DNA of 32,393 bases from Candidatus Eiseniibacteriota bacterium (lineage in GTDB: Bacteria; Eisenbacteria; RBG-16-71-46): positions 1-32,393 of the forward strand of contig JBGAOA010000048.1 of NCBI GenBank assembly GCA_044222065.1, written 5' to 3'. A model generated the notes under the pieces. The model was not told where the DNA came from. It saw nothing but the letters and a program-made list of their open reading frames with translations, and searched no databases. Both the position numbers and the translations under genes were made by a program. Positions 30,217 to 32,393 of this stretch are shown here, piece by piece; position 1 is the first letter of the stretch; every line of letters starts with the position of its first letter.

Positions 30217-31598
30217 ATGACTCCGTTTCCGCGCGCGCGCTGCCGGTCGCGGCGCGCGCAGCCTTCGCCTGGCACGCCCGGCCCGGCGCGTTCGAGCGCC
30301 TGAACCCGCCGTTCGCGCCCGCGCGCGTGCTCGCCCGCAGCGGGCCGCTCGGCGAAGGCTCGCGCGTCACGCTCGAGGCGCCGCCGTTCCGGAGCCGCTG
30401 GGAGATCCAGCACCGCGACGTCGTCGCCGGCGCGGGCTTCCGCGACGTGCTGCTCGCGGGCCCGTTTCCGCGCTGGGATCACGCGCACCGCTTCGAAGAC
30501 GAGGACGGAGCGGGAGTGCTCGAGGACGCGATCGACTGCACGCTGCCGTTCGGCGTCCTCGGCGGACTCGGCGCGGGCTACGCGCGCCGCGAACTCGAGC
30601 GCGTGTTCCGCTACCGCCATCGCGTCACGGTGGACGACCTCGCGATGCACGCCGCGGCCGCGGCGCGCGGCGCGGGGCCGCTCGCGATCGGGCTCACCGG
30701 CGCCTCGGGACTCGTCGGCGGCGCGCTCGCGCCTGCTCACGACCGGCGGGCACCGCGTCGTGCGCTTCGTGCGCGCCGGCCTCGCGCGCGCGCCGACGAG
30801 GCGCAGTGGGACGCGGCGCGCGGTGTCGTGGACCGCGCGCGCGCCGAGGCGCGGTCGACGCCGTCGTGCACCTCGCGGGCGAGAACATCGGCGGGCGGCG
30901 CTGGGACGCCGCGCGCAGCGCAAGCGCGCGTCGCCGCGAGCCGGGCGCGCTGTCGCGCGCGCTCGCGGCGCTCGCGTCGCTCGAGCGGCCGCCGCGCGCC
31001 GTTCGTCACCGCGTCTGGCGCCGGCCTCTACGGCGATCGCGGCGACGAGCCGCTGGACGAGAGCGCGCCGCGCCGGGCACCGGGTTCCTCGCCGACGTGG
31101 CGCGCGCGTGGGAGTCGGCGCCGGAGCCGCTCGCCGCGCGCGGCGTGCGCGTCGTCGTGGCGCGCTTCGGCATGGTGCTCACCCGCGCGGGCGCGCTCGC
31201 GAAGATGCTCCGCCGTTCCTCGCCGGAGCGGGCGGCCCGTTCGGCGCCGGACGCCAGTGGACGCCGTGGATCGCGCTCGACGACGCGCTCGGCGTGCTGC
31301 ACCACGCCCTCACGTGCGAGGCGCTCGCGGGTCCCGTCAACGCGGTCGCGCCGGGGCCGTCACGAGCGCGGGCTTCGCCGCGGCGCTCGGCCGCGTGCTC
31401 GGCCGGCCGGCCGTGCTGCCCGCGCCGGCGATCGCGCTGCGGCTGCTGCTCGGCCGCGACTTCGCCGACGAACTGCTGCTCGCGAGCCAGCGCGCGCGCC
31501 CCGCCGTGCTCGAGGCGACGGGGTACCGGTTCCGCTTCGCGTCGCTCGACCTCGCGCTGCGGCACGTGCTCGGCCGCACGCGGGGGGCTTCCGCGTGA
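30217..31598 (+). CDS. SRPBCC domain fused to TIGR01777/YfcH-type NAD-dependent epimerase (multiple apparent frameshifts)
   Basis: FAWHARPGAFERLNPP...GPFPRWDHAHRF...FRYRH, then TGASGLVG, VVHLAGENI, YGDRGDE, GFLADVARAWE, QWTPWIALDD, GPVNAV, LLLASQR, found across three frames. Confidence 0.8.
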
Positions 31599-32280
31599 GC
31601 GCGCCGGCGGTGCGGCTCGCGGGCGTGCGCCGCGTCTTCGGCGAGGGCGAAGCCGCGGTGCGCGCGGTGGACGGCGTGAGCCTCGAGATCGCCCCGGCGA
31701 GTTCGTCGCGCTCGTCGGGCGCAGCGGCTCGGCAAGAGCACGCTGCTCCACCTGGTCGGCGGGCTCGACCGGCCCGACGCGGGCGAGGTGTGGCTCGACG
31801 GGCGCGCGATCGGCGCGCTCGACGACGACGCGCGCACGCGCATCCGCCGCGACCGCGTCGGCATGATCCACCAGTTCTTCCACCTGCTGCCGGGGCTCGA
31901 TGCGCGCGAGAACGTCGCCGTGCCCGCGCTGCTCGCCGGCGTCGCCGAGCGCGAGGCGCTCGCGCGCGCGGACCGCCTGCTCGCGCGCGTCGGGCTCGCC
32001 GCGCGCGCCCGCGCGAAGCCGCGCACGCTCTCGGGCGGCGAGATGCAGCGCGTCGCGATCGCGCGCGCGCTCGTCCAGTCGCCGCCGCTGCTGCTCGCCG
32101 ACGAGCCGACGGGCAACCTCGACTCGCGCGCGGCCGAGGGTGGCGGGCTGCTGCGCGCGCTCGCCGACGACGACGGCGTCACGGTCGTGCTCGTCACCCA
32201 CAGCTCCGAGACGGCGTCGTTCGCGCGCCGCGTGATCGAGTTGAAGGACGAGCTGACGTGCGCGACGCGCCGCCGGATGA
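31595..32280 (+). CDS. ABC transporter ATP-binding protein, LolD/MacB-like (frameshifted; end approximate)
   Basis: VRAVDGVSL, broken Walker A GRSGS-(G)KSTLL, LSGGEMQRVAIARAL, LLADEPTGNLDS, VLVTH. Confidence 0.85.
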
Positions 32281-32393
32281 ACGCGCTGTTCCGCTGGTTC
32301 GCGCTGCGTTCCTCGCGCGCACCCCGGCCGCGCGGCGCTCACGATCCTCGGGGTCGCGCTCGGCGTCGGCGTGTTCCTGAGCGTCCGGCTCGC
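32277..32393 (+). CDS. ABC transporter permease, MacB/FtsX-like (3' partial, frameshifted)
   Basis: MNALFRWFALR then, after an indel, RAALTILGVALGVGVFLSVRLA, the typical first TM of this permease family. Follows the ATPase. Confidence 0.7.
   Translation, partial: MNALFRWFALRSSRAPRPRGAHDPRGRARRRRVPERPAR

Overview
A very GC-rich (roughly 70-75% by eye) bacterial chromosomal segment, densely coding and mostly housekeeping. I saw no mobile element, CRISPR array, tRNA or rRNA. Gene order: moaB-like (5' partial), dcd, a stand-alone nuoI, a GT4 glycosyltransferase (-), hsp20-dnaK behind a sigma54-type promoter, a processive GT2, a UDP-sugar dehydrogenase (-), FAH-family hydrolase, YtcJ-like amidohydrolase, ECF sigma factor, uppP (-), murJ, a CaCA-type antiporter (-), a CMD-family protein, a secreted TPR protein coupled to a purple-acid-phosphatase-like enzyme with a FlgD-Ig/T9SS-like C-terminal domain, an apparent operon bshC-bshB1-bshA (bacillithiol)-DUF1611-dipeptide epimerase (DgcN/DgcA-like)-orphan histidine kinase-rsgA, then thrC-like-nfeD-SPFH, an SRPBCC/TIGR01777 fusion and an ABC exporter (3' partial). 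Many 1-2 nt deletions at 18.8-20.7 kb and 30.1-32.4 kb look like long-read assembly errors. The FlgD-Ig CTD, bsh genes and high GC suggest an FCB-related lineage such as Candidatus Eisenbacteria (inference only). The most notable unexplained signal is a ~109-nt rod-shaped candidate ncRNA (8604-8712) that starts exactly at the predicted +1 of a sigma70-type promoter. Also notable: widespread leaderless-style promoters, a sigma54-type promoter on the heat-shock genes, and a short uORF coupled to bshC.
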